A stretch of 37,019 nt of DNA from Massilia sp. (GCA_028291845.1 JAQGNM010000128.1:1-37019); one strand, 5' to 3'; shown: positions 19,950 through 31,853, counted from the first letter of the stretch. Numbers and translations are program-made. The notes: generated by a model from the sequence alone, not told the origin.

Positions 19950-19972
19950 CCGCTTGCTGCAAGCGGTACAAT
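19950..19972 (+). promoter_or_regulatory. Palindrome CCGCTTGC-T-GCAAGCGG abutting a TACAAT -10 box upstream of the phyH-like gene
   Basis: Perfect 8-bp arms at 19950-19966, TACAAT at 19967-19972; core palindrome and TACAAT also present in copy 1. Confidence 0.5.
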
Positions 19973-20201
19973 CACGCGCCGGACCGCACTGTCAGCACCG
20001 TCCGCCATGGAGGGAAGAATGGGCATGCAAACCGCATTTTCCGCCACGCCGCCGTACGAGGCCGCCGACATCATGGGCGGCTTGTATGGCGATGGTTTCA
20101 TCACCTGCAAGGGCGCTTTCAGCCGCGCCTGGGCGAAGCAGCTGGGCGAGGATGTCGCCGTCCTGTTCGACGAAGCGCGCCACCAGCCGGGCGGGGCGCT
20201 C
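19952..20201 (+). repeat. Direct repeat copy 2 (intact 5' end of phyH-like gene)
   Basis: Partner of 16246-16494, offset 3706 bp. Confidence 0.92.
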
Positions 20202-20873
20202 GAGCGGGGACCGAACCGCTATTACGTCGAAATCCATCCCGAGCGGCTGCGCGGGTTTCTCGACATCGTCACCCACCCGTGGTTTTGCGCCGTGTGCGCC
20301 AGCGTGCTGGGGCCGGATTATAAAATTGTCGAAGTCGGCTTCGACGTGCCCGGGCCCGGCGCCATGCACCAGCCCTGGCACCGCGATTTCGCCGCCCCCG
20401 AGGCCACCCTGCGCGCGCGCCGCCTGGATTCGCTCGCCTTCAATCTGACCACGGTCGATGTCACCGAGGCGATGGGGCCGCTGGAGATTGCCCCGGGTAC
20501 GCAATGGGACAGCCTGGCCGGCGGCGACCCGATGTTTCCCGATCGCTCGCTGTGGCCCCGCTACGAGGCGCGCCGCCAGCGCAAGGCGCCGCGCATGGGC
20601 GACATGTCGGCGCGTTCGGCGCTGACGATTCACCGCGGCACCGCCAATACCTCGCAGCAGGCGCGCCCGGTGCTGGTGGTGGGCGTCGACGCCCCCGGCG
20701 CCGTCAACGCCGCCCGCCACGACCTGCAGCTGAGCGAGGCCTTCGCCGCGACCGTGCCGGAAGATGTGGTGCGCCACCTCGACCAGCGCACCGTTGCGCG
20801 GCTGGAACCTATCGTGCAGGAGCATACGATTGCCGGGCTGCTGCAAGGGATGGCGCAGCCGGTCGCAGCTTGA
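20019..20873 (+). CDS. Phytanoyl-CoA dioxygenase (PhyH) family Fe(II)/2-oxoglutarate dioxygenase
   Basis: QPWHRD (HxD), GPLEIAPGT, HRGTANTS...RPVL; GGAGGG upstream of ATG 20019. Confidence 0.85.
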   Translation: MGMQTAFSATPPYEAADIMGGLYGDGFITCKGAFSRAWAKQLGEDVAVLFDEARHQPGGALERGPNRYYVEIHPERLRGFLDIVTHPWFCAVCASVLGPDYKIVEVGFDVPGPGAMHQPWHRDFAAPEATLRARRLDSLAFNLTTVDVTEAMGPLEIAPGTQWDSLAGGDPMFPDRSLWPRYEARRQRKAPRMGDMSARSALTIHRGTANTSQQARPVLVVGVDAPGAVNAARHDLQLSEAFAATVPEDVVRHLDQRTVARLEPIVQEHTIAGLLQGMAQPVAA

Positions 20874-21189
20874 CCTTGTTTGCCTGCCGCCCGAGCATCT
20901 TTTGTCGCCATGTACCCGTACGTTCTGCTAGGTTCTGCCTGCTTGCCGCATCGGCATGCAAGTGTCATCCTCGTCCTGGCGTCATGCCGATGAAGTGGGT
21001 TTGCAAAGCGAGCAGCCATGGCGTCATTTGCGAAATATCAAGCTTTGGCGACTCAGTACGGCGGCAGGGCGACTTGCAAAACGGAGCAGGGTTATTCTGC
21101 ACGGGTCAAGGCGTCAGATTGAACGTTGACGACACAAATATAGTCCACAAAACAGCGCCCACGGGCAGCTGCCGGACGGAGGAGACAGC

Positions 21190-23216
<2,027 letters not shown>

Positions 23217-23220
<4 letters not shown>

Positions 23221-23807
23221 ACGACGACGCCGACGCCCTGGCCCATGCCGGTGCCCATGCCGATCAGCGCGCCGCCGCGCCCCGGCGCTTTACCCGCACT
23301 GCCATCGTGCTGCACTGGCTGATCGCGCTGCTGCTGCTTGGACAGCTGGCCTTTGGCTGGCTGGTGCTGCAAGATATCCCCCGCAATACGCCGGGGCGCG
23401 GCTTCTGGGTCAATCAGCACAAGAGCGTGGGGCTGGTGATCGGCTTGCTGATACTGCTGCGCATCTACTGGCGGCTACGCCACCGGCCGCCGCCGCCCTT
23501 GCCGATGCCCGCCTGGCAGCGGCGCGCCGCCAGTGCCAGCCACCTGGCATTGTATATATGCATGGTGCTGATGCCGCTGTCGGGCTACCTCGGGTCGAAT
23601 TTCAGCAAGTACGGGATCAAGCTGTTCAATACGGTGCAACTGGCCCCGTGGGGCAGCGACAACAAGGCGATTTACGCCTTTTTCAATCAAACCCATGCGG
23701 TGACCGCGACCGTGCTGGCCTTGTTGATCGCCGTGCACGTGCTGGCGGTGGCCAAGCACATGTGGATCGATCGCGACGATTTGCTGGCGAGGATGTGGCT
23801 GCGCTGA
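23217..23807 (+). CDS. Cytochrome b561 family membrane protein
   Basis: LHWLIA, HKSVG, H..LY..M..MPLSG, H...HV..V.KH; TTG start overlapping regulator TGA. Confidence 0.88.
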
Positions 23808-23837
23808 GGCGGCGGGCAGCTGTCATTGCCGCTGTTG

Positions 23838-24923
23838 TCAACCGTCGAAGGCGGCCAGGTCGACGCTGACCGCCAGGGGCCTGGGACGCGGCGGCGCCGC
23901 GCCCGCCGGCCCGGTGAGCAAGTCGAGCATCAGCGCGGCAGGATTGCATCCCAGCGAGGCGTGCAGCCCGGCGTAGGCGGCGCCGGGACGGGCGCAAACG
24001 TCCAGCACCACCGGCCCGCGGTCGGCGCTGACGAAATCGACGCCGACATGGCCCCACAAGCCCGGAACGGCGGCAGCGACTGCCTGCGCCAGCCGCAGAA
24101 AAGCGCCGTCGTTGTCGGCCAGGCTGTTGACGGTGGTGCCGAGGAAGTGGAATTGGTTATCGCGCATGGCGACGCGCTGTTCGTTGCAAGCCAGCAGTTG
24201 CGCGGCGCCGTCGCGGCACAGCAGGGAAAGGCTACCCAGCTTGCCGGGAATGAACGGTTGCAGCACATGGCGCAGCGCCGCCGGCAGGCGTCGCGGCGGC
24301 TCCAGGGCGGCGCAATGGCAGGCGCCGATCCAGGCCAGCGCCGCCGCGGCGCTGGGAAACAGGTGGCTGTCGAGCCATAAGGCGCCGGCGTCCGGCCGCA
24401 CCACCCAGGCGCCGCCTGCACCGGGCAAGCGCTGCGCAGGCGTATAGGTGGGGACCGCGTCGATACAGGCGCGCGCCAGCGCGTGCGCCATGCGGCGCCG
24501 GCTGCCGGCAATGCGCAAGGCGTCCGGCCGGCAGCCAAGCAAAATGCGGCCGTTGCGCAGCACCTCGCGCGCCAGCTGCTCGAGCATGCCGGCGGCGGGG
24601 GCCGGCAACCATACCGCGTCGGCCCGCCGCATGCCGGCGGCGAAGCGCTGGCGGAATGTGCCGGCGCCGGCTGCAATGCTGGTGATCAGTTCCACGCTGG
24701 CGACCGCGCCCAGATCGGCGAGCAGCGCGTCCGTCGTCATTTGCTCCTGGCGCTGCACGGCGAGGGTGGCGGCGCACACCAGGGATGCTGGCGGGGCTGC
24801 CGGGGTACGGTGCGGCGACAGGGCGGGCGACGGCGGCGGCGCGGACGGGCTGGGCGGTGCGGCGCCGGCCGGGGCGCCGCATTCGGCCAGGGAGTCGACC
24901 ACGAATACTTTCAGTGCCGTCAC
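23838..24923 (-). CDS. ATP-grasp-fold protein (MfnD/Orf22, COG1821-like) with degenerate catalytic motifs
   Basis: LKVFV, ALLADL, DAVWL.AP, LQPFIPG...SLSLLC, LLACNEQ, PGLWGHVGVD, AYAGL..SLG.N.A; GGAGA RBS before GTG 24923. Confidence 0.75.
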   Translation of the reverse strand: MTALKVFVVDSLAECGAPAGAAPPSPSAPPPSPALSPHRTPAAPPASLVCAATLAVQRQEQMTTDALLADLGAVASVELITSIAAGAGTFRQRFAAGMRRADAVWLPAPAAGMLEQLAREVLRNGRILLGCRPDALRIAGSRRRMAHALARACIDAVPTYTPAQRLPGAGGAWVVRPDAGALWLDSHLFPSAAAALAWIGACHCAALEPPRRLPAALRHVLQPFIPGKLGSLSLLCRDGAAQLLACNEQRVAMRDNQFHFLGTTVNSLADNDGAFLRLAQAVAAAVPGLWGHVGVDFVSADRGPVVLDVCARPGAAYAGLHASLGCNPAALMLDLLTGPAGAAPPRPRPLAVSVDLAAFDG

Positions 24924-25040
24924 TGGTTTTCTCCATGTGGCGCCGGGCGCATCGCACAAGGCCGCCGCTGCCGCCCGCAACAGCGCCGGCCGACCGTTGA
25001 CGCGCCGAATCAACGCCTGGCCGCAAGCCCGGTTGCAAGC

Positions 25041-25202
25041 CTGGTGTCCCGATTAGAAATTCGTTGAATAAATATGCCGAGAATCGCTCCGACACTGCGT
25101 CTCGAATGCTCGCCAGGCCTCGGCCTGTCTGCGCTTTGCTCCTTGTCTCGAAACGATTTCGACACGTTTAATCATCAACGAATTTCTAACTCAGGACACT
25201 AG
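25041..25202. mobile_element. 162-bp MITE-like palindromic element; ends resemble IS630-family termini
   Basis: Left CTGGTGTCCCGATTAGAAATTCGTTGA (25041-25067) versus reverse complement of 25175-25202 CTAGTGTCCTGAGTTAGAAATTCGTTGA; inner arms also complementary. Confidence 0.75.
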
Positions 25203-26053
25203 TTGCGGTTCTCCTCGACGCCGACCAGTGTCAGCGTCTCGTCGACCAGCGGCCGTTTGCGCGCGGCGCCGGCCGCCTGCGTACCGGCGGCATTCGGCAT
25301 ACTGTCGGACACGCCCGGCGGGCGCTTGGCCGCCGCCGTGCCGGGCACCAGCGCGCGCACCTGGTAGATGCTGCCGGGCACCTGCGCGCTGATCAGGAAC
25401 ACGTAGCGCTTCCCGATGAACGGCTCGAAGCGCGCGTGCATCGGATCGTTCAGATAGGGCTCGATGCTCACTTCGCGGCCGTCGACCGCTTTGCCGCCGA
25501 ACTTGAAACGGCGCGGCCGCACCTGGGCGGCGTCGGCCAGGGCCAGCCGGATCCGTTTGCGAAAATAACTGATCGAGCCGCCGGTGAGACGGTGCATTTC
25601 AGCGATGTCGCGTTCGAGAAAGCCGAGCAGCACCGGATTGCCCTCAGGGTCGGCCAGCTCCGGCATCGGGCGCTTGCGCGCGCCCGACAGGAACTGCAGG
25701 GTGGCGGCCCGGCTTTCATCGAACACCAGCCGTACCTGATCGTCGAAGCCCGCTTCCAGGCTGCCCTCCTTGTGAAATGCATAGACCAGGGTGGCCGGCG
25801 CATGGACGTTGCCCAGGTGCCTGGTCTGAAACAGCAGCCTTTCCGCCAAGGCGATAGGCTGGTTGGCCGCGGTGCGCGGCTCCGGCGCTGCTGCTGCCCG
25901 CGCTGCCTGCGCTGGCGCAGTAGTTGCAGAAGTTGGTCCTGACTGAGCGGAACCCGGGGCGGCCTGGCCGCCCGAGAACGCCGCGGCGCCATGCAAGGCG
26001 AGCGTGGCGGCCAGCATCACGGTTAGCGGATGCGGCAACAAAGGCGTGGTCAT
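25199..26053 (-). CDS. Hypothetical exported protein, last gene of the xox operon
   Basis: Signal-peptide-like N-terminus, Ala/Pro linker, ordered core (GSLEAGFDD, GNPVLLGFLERD, YFRKRIRLAL, PYLNDP); starts 13 bp after xoxJ stop. Confidence 0.8.
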   Translation of the reverse strand: MTTPLLPHPLTVMLAATLALHGAAAFSGGQAAPGSAQSGPTSATTAPAQAARAAAAPEPRTAANQPIALAERLLFQTRHLGNVHAPATLVYAFHKEGSLEAGFDDQVRLVFDESRAATLQFLSGARKRPMPELADPEGNPVLLGFLERDIAEMHRLTGGSISYFRKRIRLALADAAQVRPRRFKFGGKAVDGREVSIEPYLNDPMHARFEPFIGKRYVFLISAQVPGSIYQVRALVPGTAAAKRPPGVSDSMPNAAGTQAAGAARKRPLVDETLTLVGVEENRN

Positions 26054-26066
26054 GGCGCCGCTCCCG

Positions 26067-27116
26067 TCAGCGCGAAGCCGCGCGCTCGGCGGGCGGCAAC
26101 AGCGGCACGCCGTACTGCATCAGGATGGCGTCGATTTTCGGCCGGTTGCGCTCGATGGCGGCGTCGATGCGTTGCTTGTAGGCGGCCTCGCCGAAGCGTG
26201 TCGCCATGACGATGTCGAATTCGAATTGCATGCCCGGCTGCTGCCTGAGCGGAATCGCCACCACTGGCGCCCGGTTGGCCTGGCGGGCATAGTAGCCGGC
26301 GATCGGTCCCCAGATGAAGGCGATGTCGATGACGCCGTTGACCAGGTCTTTCTCGACCATTTCGCCCGGGTAGCGCTCGATGTCGCCCGATTGCGCCTGG
26401 TACGAGACGATGCGCTCGATCAAGCCGTGATCGAGCAGCCAGTCGGCCACCGGCGAACCGCCGAACACGCCCAGGCGCATGGTGGCGCGCCTGGCTGGGT
26501 CGAGCTTGAGCAGGTCGTCGAGCTTGTGCACTTCGTCGAAGCCGCGGCCCTTGATATAGGCCATGGCGTAGCTGGACCGGTAGTAGGGGCGGGTGGTGGC
26601 GCCCAGGTCGAAGCCGGCGGCGACTCCCGTGACCAGATCGCACTTGAAGGTGTCGGTGTCGGGATCTTTCGCCCGCAGGGTATTGCGTATGAAACCCATG
26701 CGTTGCGGATACCAGGTGTATTCGATCTTCCAGCCCAGGTCCTGCGCCAGGAGGGCGGCGATCTTGTTTTCGAAGCCTTGCAGCGCGCGGTTGGAGAACG
26801 GCAGGTTGTTGGGGTCCTGGCAGACTCGCAGCACGCCTGGCGCTGACCCTGCCGCCACCGCCGGGGCCGCGGGCGGCGCTGGCGCCGCTTGTGGCGCTTG
26901 GAGCGCCGGTGTCGCTTGTGTCGCCGGTGTCGCTTGTGTCGCCGGTGTCCCTTGTGTCGCCGGTGTCGCCGCTGTGGCTTGTGCCGCTTGTGCCGCTGGC
27001 GGCGCAGCCTGCGCCCGGGTCGGCGGCGCCGCCAGCGTCAGCGCGGCGCCGGCCAAGGCCGCCGCCAGCGCCGCCGGCACGGTAAGACGGCGTCCACGCC
27101 GGCACAGTCGGCTCAC
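26067..27116 (-). CDS. xoxJ: XoxJ/MxaJ-family periplasmic binding protein
   Basis: LRVCQDPNNLPFSN...GFENKIA, GFIRNTL, TRPYYRSSY, AFIWGPIAGY, YGVPL; GTG start overlapping xoxG stop. Confidence 0.9.
   Translation of the reverse strand: MSRLCRRGRRLTVPAALAAALAGAALTLAAPPTRAQAAPPAAQAAQATAATPATQGTPATQATPATQATPALQAPQAAPAPPAAPAVAAGSAPGVLRVCQDPNNLPFSNRALQGFENKIAALLAQDLGWKIEYTWYPQRMGFIRNTLRAKDPDTDTFKCDLVTGVAAGFDLGATTRPYYRSSYAMAYIKGRGFDEVHKLDDLLKLDPARRATMRLGVFGGSPVADWLLDHGLIERIVSYQAQSGDIERYPGEMVEKDLVNGVIDIAFIWGPIAGYYARQANRAPVVAIPLRQQPGMQFEFDIVMATRFGEAAYKQRIDAAIERNRPKIDAILMQYGVPLLPPAERAASR
26904..26969. repeat. 18-bp tandem repeat, ~3.6 copies, encoding (ATPATQ)n in the XoxJ N-terminal linker
   Basis: CGCCGGTGTCGCTTGTGT twice, one single-mismatch copy, then a partial copy. 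Confidence 0.9.
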
Positions 27117-27529
27117 TTGGGAATCTCCTCGAGCCTGCCCGGCTTGATGGCGCCGTCGGCGCGCCCGCGCAGGTAGGCATACAGATTGTCGACATTGTCG
27201 ACCACCATCTTGCTGCCATCGAAGTTCGGCATGCCCTTGGCGACCCTTCCGTGCAGCACGGTGTTCCTGAATTCTTCCGGCGTCAGCACCTTCAGGCTGT
27301 TCACCAGTGATGGCCCGACCAGGCCTTCCTGGGATGCGCCGTGACAGCGCTCGCACGCCAGCGCGCGCCAAGTGCGCCAGCCTTGCAGGGTCTGGCTGTC
27401 GACCTTGTTGCCTTCGATGACCTTGTAGGGCGCCGCTGCCGCAGCCGCCGCGGCCCCGGCGCTGATCGCCGTCACCGCGGCGCTGATTGCGGTGGCGACG
27501 GCAAGCAGGCAAACCTTCCATTTATTCAT
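27113..27529 (-). CDS. xoxG: XoxG-type mono-heme cytochrome c
   Basis: Signal peptide, CERCH heme motif, GPSL, GMPNF, LYAYL.GRADG...PGR; lies between xoxF and xoxJ; GAGGA RBS. Confidence 0.85.
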   Translation of the reverse strand: MNKWKVCLLAVATAISAAVTAISAGAAAAAAAAPYKVIEGNKVDSQTLQGWRTWRALACERCHGASQEGLVGPSLVNSLKVLTPEEFRNTVLHGRVAKGMPNFDGSKMVVDNVDNLYAYLRGRADGAIKPGRLEEIPK

Positions 27530-27634
27530 TGTTTTCCTCATTGCGGTTCCGTGGTGGCGCCGCCCTTGCGCCGAGCGCCGGGTGGTGGAAGTACCGGCGG
27601 CGCCAAATGCCGCCGCCGGTCACGCCTTCATGCG

Positions 27635-27982
27635 CTACTGGACATAACAAGCCTTGCGCGCCTGGTCCTGCAGCGCCTTGTATTTGGCGGCCATCGCCTT
27701 GACGCTGGCGGGGTCGCGAAACTCCGCACCGCGCTGGCCGGACAGGCCCTGGTGACGCAGCGCGGTGGCGATCTCGACATATTCATCGTAGCCCACCGCC
27801 TGGGCGATCTGGTCGATCGTGCACGAGCATTTGTACAGATACTCTTGTTTGCCCTGGTGCTGCATCATGCATTCGAGGACATATTCGACGCGGTCGGCGG
27901 TGGGGAAATCGTTCGCCCGCGCCGTCATCGGCAGGGCGCAGGCGAACAGCAGCGCATACAGCGGCGGGCGCAACAAATTCAT
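27635..27982 (-). CDS. Small exported Cys-containing hypothetical protein in the xox operon
   Basis: Signal peptide ending ARA, NDFPTADRVEYVLECM...YKCSC..D...YDEY...KAC. Confidence 0.82.
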   Translation of the reverse strand: MNLLRPPLYALLFACALPMTARANDFPTADRVEYVLECMMQHQGKQEYLYKCSCTIDQIAQAVGYDEYVEIATALRHQGLSGQRGAEFRDPASVKAMAAKYKALQDQARKACYVQ

Positions 27983-28016
27983 GTGGGTCTCCGGTCTCGG
28001 TAGTCGCTATTCCTGG

Positions 28017-29822
28017 TCAACGCGCAGGCAGTGCGAACACCGTCAACACGCCGCCCAGGTTGGTGTACTTGGCCAGATCCTTGTAGCCGCCCACCGCGCC
28101 CAGGCCCTCGGTCGGCTTTTCCAGGCCGGCCGCCAGGCCGATGCCGGCCCAGCCACCGATGCCCGACAGCACGCCGATGTACTGCTTGCCCTTGTACTCC
28201 CAGGTGTTGACGTTGCCGATGATCCCCGACGGCGTCTTGAACTTCCATAGTTCCTTGCCGTTGTTGTCGACCGCCTTGAGGTAGCCTTCCAGGGTGCCGT
28301 AGAACACAACGTCGCCGGCGGTCGACAGGGCGCCGCTCCACACCGAGAATTTCTCCGGCCTGGACCACACCACCTTGCCGGTGCCGGCATCCCAGGCAAT
28401 GAAATTGCCCATGCCGCCATGGCTGTTCGGCGCCGGATACATCGACAGGGTCGAACCGACGTACGGCTGGCCGGCCGTGTACTCGATCTGGAACGGTTCA
28501 TAATCCATGCAAACGTGGTTGGTCGGCACGTAGAACAGCCCGGTTTTCGGTGAATAGGATGCGGGTTGCTGATCCTTGGTGCCCAGCGCCGACGGGCAGA
28601 TCCCCTTGCTGTTGACATCCGGGCCGTTCTTGTCGGTGCTGTACTTGGCGTTGACGATCGGCCGGCCGCTCTTCATGTCGATCTGGCTTGCCCAGTTCAC
28701 CACCGGATCGTATTTTTGCGCCACCAGCAGGGCGCCGCTGACCCGGTCGAGGGTGTAGCCGAAGCCATTGCGGTCGAAATGCACCAGTGCCTTGCGCACG
28801 GTGCCGCCCACCTTGATGTCGGCCAGAATCATTTCATTGACCCCATCGTAATCCCACTCGTCGTGCGGCGTCATCTGATAGGCCCACTTGGCCTCGCCGG
28901 TATCGAGGTTGCGGGCGAAAATCGTCATCGACCACTTGTTGTCGCCCGGCCGCTGGCGCGGATTCCAGGTGCTGGGATTGCCGGTGCCGTAATACATCAG
29001 GTTGGTGGCCGGATCATAGCTGTACCAGCCCCAGGTGGTGCCGCCGCCGAGTTTCCATTGGTCGCCCTGCCAGGTTTTTAGCGAGGAATCCTTGCCCACC
29101 GGCGCCATCTTGCCTTCGGTCCAGGTCATGGTGGTGGCGGGGTTGATCAGCATGTCCTGATCAGGACCGGTGCTGAAGGCTTTCCACACCAGCTTGCCGG
29201 TGTTCATGTCGAATGCGGTGATGCGCCCGCGCACGCCGAATTCACCGCCGCTAATGCCGGTAATCACCTTGTCCTTGAACACGTGCGGCGTATTGGTGGC
29301 TGTTTCGCCGATCTTCGGATTGCCGGTGACGACTTTCCAGATTTCCTTGCCAGTCTTGGCGTCCAGCGCGACCAGGGTGGTGTCGGCCTGCTGCAGGAAA
29401 ATCTTGCCGTCGGAGTAGGCGACCCCGCGGCTGACGGTGTCGCAGCACATCACGGGAATCACGGCGGGGTCCTGCTTCGGCGTGTATTTCCACTTGATGC
29501 TCTGGTCTTCCAGGCTGAGGGCGTACACGATGTTGGGAAACGGACTGTGCACGTACAAGGTGTCGCCGATCACCAGCGGCCCGCCTTCGTGGCCGCGCAG
29601 CACGCCGGTGGAAAAGGTCCACGCCACCTGCAGATTTTTGGCGTTGTCCTTGTTGATCTGTTTCAGTTCGCTATAACGTTGATTGGCCATGCCGCCCGCC
29701 TGCATGGCCCAGTTCTGCGGGTTTTTGGTCAACGCTTCGACGTCGGAAGCGACGGCCAGGCCGGGCAGCGACAGCAGCACGGCGCACTGCCGCCAGTGTC
29801 TGAGAAATTTGCCGATTAACAT
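28017..29822 (-). CDS. xoxF: Lanthanide-dependent PQQ methanol dehydrogenase (probably XoxF5 clade)
   Basis: [13 protein letters not shown], vicinal CC in [29 protein letters not shown] with the extra lanthanide-binding Asp (DYD); GAGGAG RBS. Confidence 0.96.
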   Translation of the reverse strand: MLIGKFLRHWRQCAVLLSLPGLAVASDVEALTKNPQNWAMQAGGMANQRYSELKQINKDNAKNLQVAWTFSTGVLRGHEGGPLVIGDTLYVHSPFPNIVYALSLEDQSIKWKYTPKQDPAVIPVMCCDTVSRGVAYSDGKIFLQQADTTLVALDAKTGKEIWKVVTGNPKIGETATNTPHVFKDKVITGISGGEFGVRGRITAFDMNTGKLVWKAFSTGPDQDMLINPATTMTWTEGKMAPVGKDSSLKTWQGDQWKLGGGTTWGWYSYDPATNLMYYGTGNPSTWNPRQRPGDNKWSMTIFARNLDTGEAKWAYQMTPHDEWDYDGVNEMILADIKVGGTVRKALVHFDRNGFGYTLDRVSGALLVAQKYDPVVNWASQIDMKSGRPIVNAKYSTDKNGPDVNSKGICPSALGTKDQQPASYSPKTGLFYVPTNHVCMDYEPFQIEYTAGQPYVGSTLSMYPAPNSHGGMGNFIAWDAGTGKVVWSRPEKFSVWSGALSTAGDVVFYGTLEGYLKAVDNNGKELWKFKTPSGIIGNVNTWEYKGKQYIGVLSGIGGWAGIGLAAGLEKPTEGLGAVGGYKDLAKYTNLGGVLTVFALPAR

Positions 29823-29923
29823 GATTATCTCCTCTAATATTTTTGTAGGGTGGCCGGGCTTGTCCGCTGCCCGCGCCGGTAAAACTGCGCCGTGTTATCC
29901 GCCGGACTGGCGCTACGGCGGCG

Positions 29924-30577
29924 TCATATCGACGGCGCCTGCTGGGCCTGCTGCGGCTGCTGTGCCTGCTGCCCCTGTTGCGCATTCCAGGTATTGAGCT
30001 TGCCCGACAGCTTGGCGGCGTTGATCGCGATCGCGTCCATCAGCGGCGGCGACAGGACGTCGTAGGGCGCCAGTCCCAGTTCGAGCAGGCGCGCCCTGAC
30101 CGCGCCCATATTTTCTGGATCGGCGCCGGACTCGATGATCGAGGAGACGAAGGCGGCGAAAGTGGGCGCCGCCCAGCCGGCATCGCGAGAGCGTTCGGTG
30201 TGCACGAAATCGAGGCCGTAAAATGCGTGCTTCTCGTTTTCGATACGGCCGAACATGTGGACCCCGCACACCTTGCAGGCATGGCGCCTGATGGTGGCGT
30301 CGGGGTTGACGACCTGCAGCTTGTCGCCGTTCGCCGTCACCTCGACCTGATCGCGCGAGATCACGGCGACCTGCGAGAACAGGGCGCCGTCCGGCTTCCA
30401 GCACTGGGTGCAGCCGCACACGTGGTTGTGGGCGGTTTGCCCTTTCAGGGCGACGGTCACGGTATCGCTGGTGCACAGGCATGCGAGCGTGCCGCCGCCG
30501 AAACCTTCCGCGGTCGGCTTGATGCCGTTGTCGATGGCAGGGTGGATGCGTACTGCGGGTTCTACGGCGTTGTTCAT
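29924..30577 (-). CDS. gfa: Glutathione-dependent formaldehyde-activating enzyme
   Basis: [62 protein letters not shown]. Confidence 0.95.
   Translation of the reverse strand: MNNAVEPAVRIHPAIDNGIKPTAEGFGGGTLACLCTSDTVTVALKGQTAHNHVCGCTQCWKPDGALFSQVAVISRDQVEVTANGDKLQVVNPDATIRRHACKVCGVHMFGRIENEKHAFYGLDFVHTERSRDAGWAAPTFAAFVSSIIESGADPENMGAVRARLLELGLAPYDVLSPPLMDAIAINAAKLSGKLNTWNAQQGQQAQQPQQAQQAPSI
29937..29980. repeat. 9-bp-period imperfect repeat encoding the Gln-rich Gfa tail [15 protein letters not shown]
   Basis: NNNCTGCTG units on + strand, about 5 copies. Confidence 0.75.
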
Positions 30578-30670
30578 GTCGGATCCTCGTGCTGTTTTTG
30601 CTGTTTGGGGTTGATTGGCTGCTGCAAAAGGGATGGCGTCATTGCTTCGCTTGTCGGCGGCGGGCCGCTG

Positions 30671-31777
<1,107 letters not shown>

Positions 31778-31853
31778 GCCTTGTGTTCCCAATGATCGAT
31801 GATGAACGCGGTGATCAACGGATCGGCCTGCGCGCGATCTCCATTCTTTTATG

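Noticed and set aside
20019-20873. PhyH-like protein as a halogenase partner of the haloperoxidase
   Set aside because: Retains the HxD facial-triad Asp; Fe/2OG halogenases have Ala or Gly there
25060-25073. TTCGTTGAATAAAT resembling an IS903-type end
   Set aside because: Better explained as part of the left arm of the 25041-25202 element; no transposase nearby
26904-26969. Tandem repeats as a possible CRISPR array
   Set aside because: No spacers, in-frame within xoxJ, no cas genes
28017-29822. Alternative call as MxaF or ExaF/PedH
   Set aside because: DYD rather than DYA excludes Ca-type MxaF, no mxaI is present, and the [13 protein letters not shown] context fits XoxF rather than ethanol dehydrogenases
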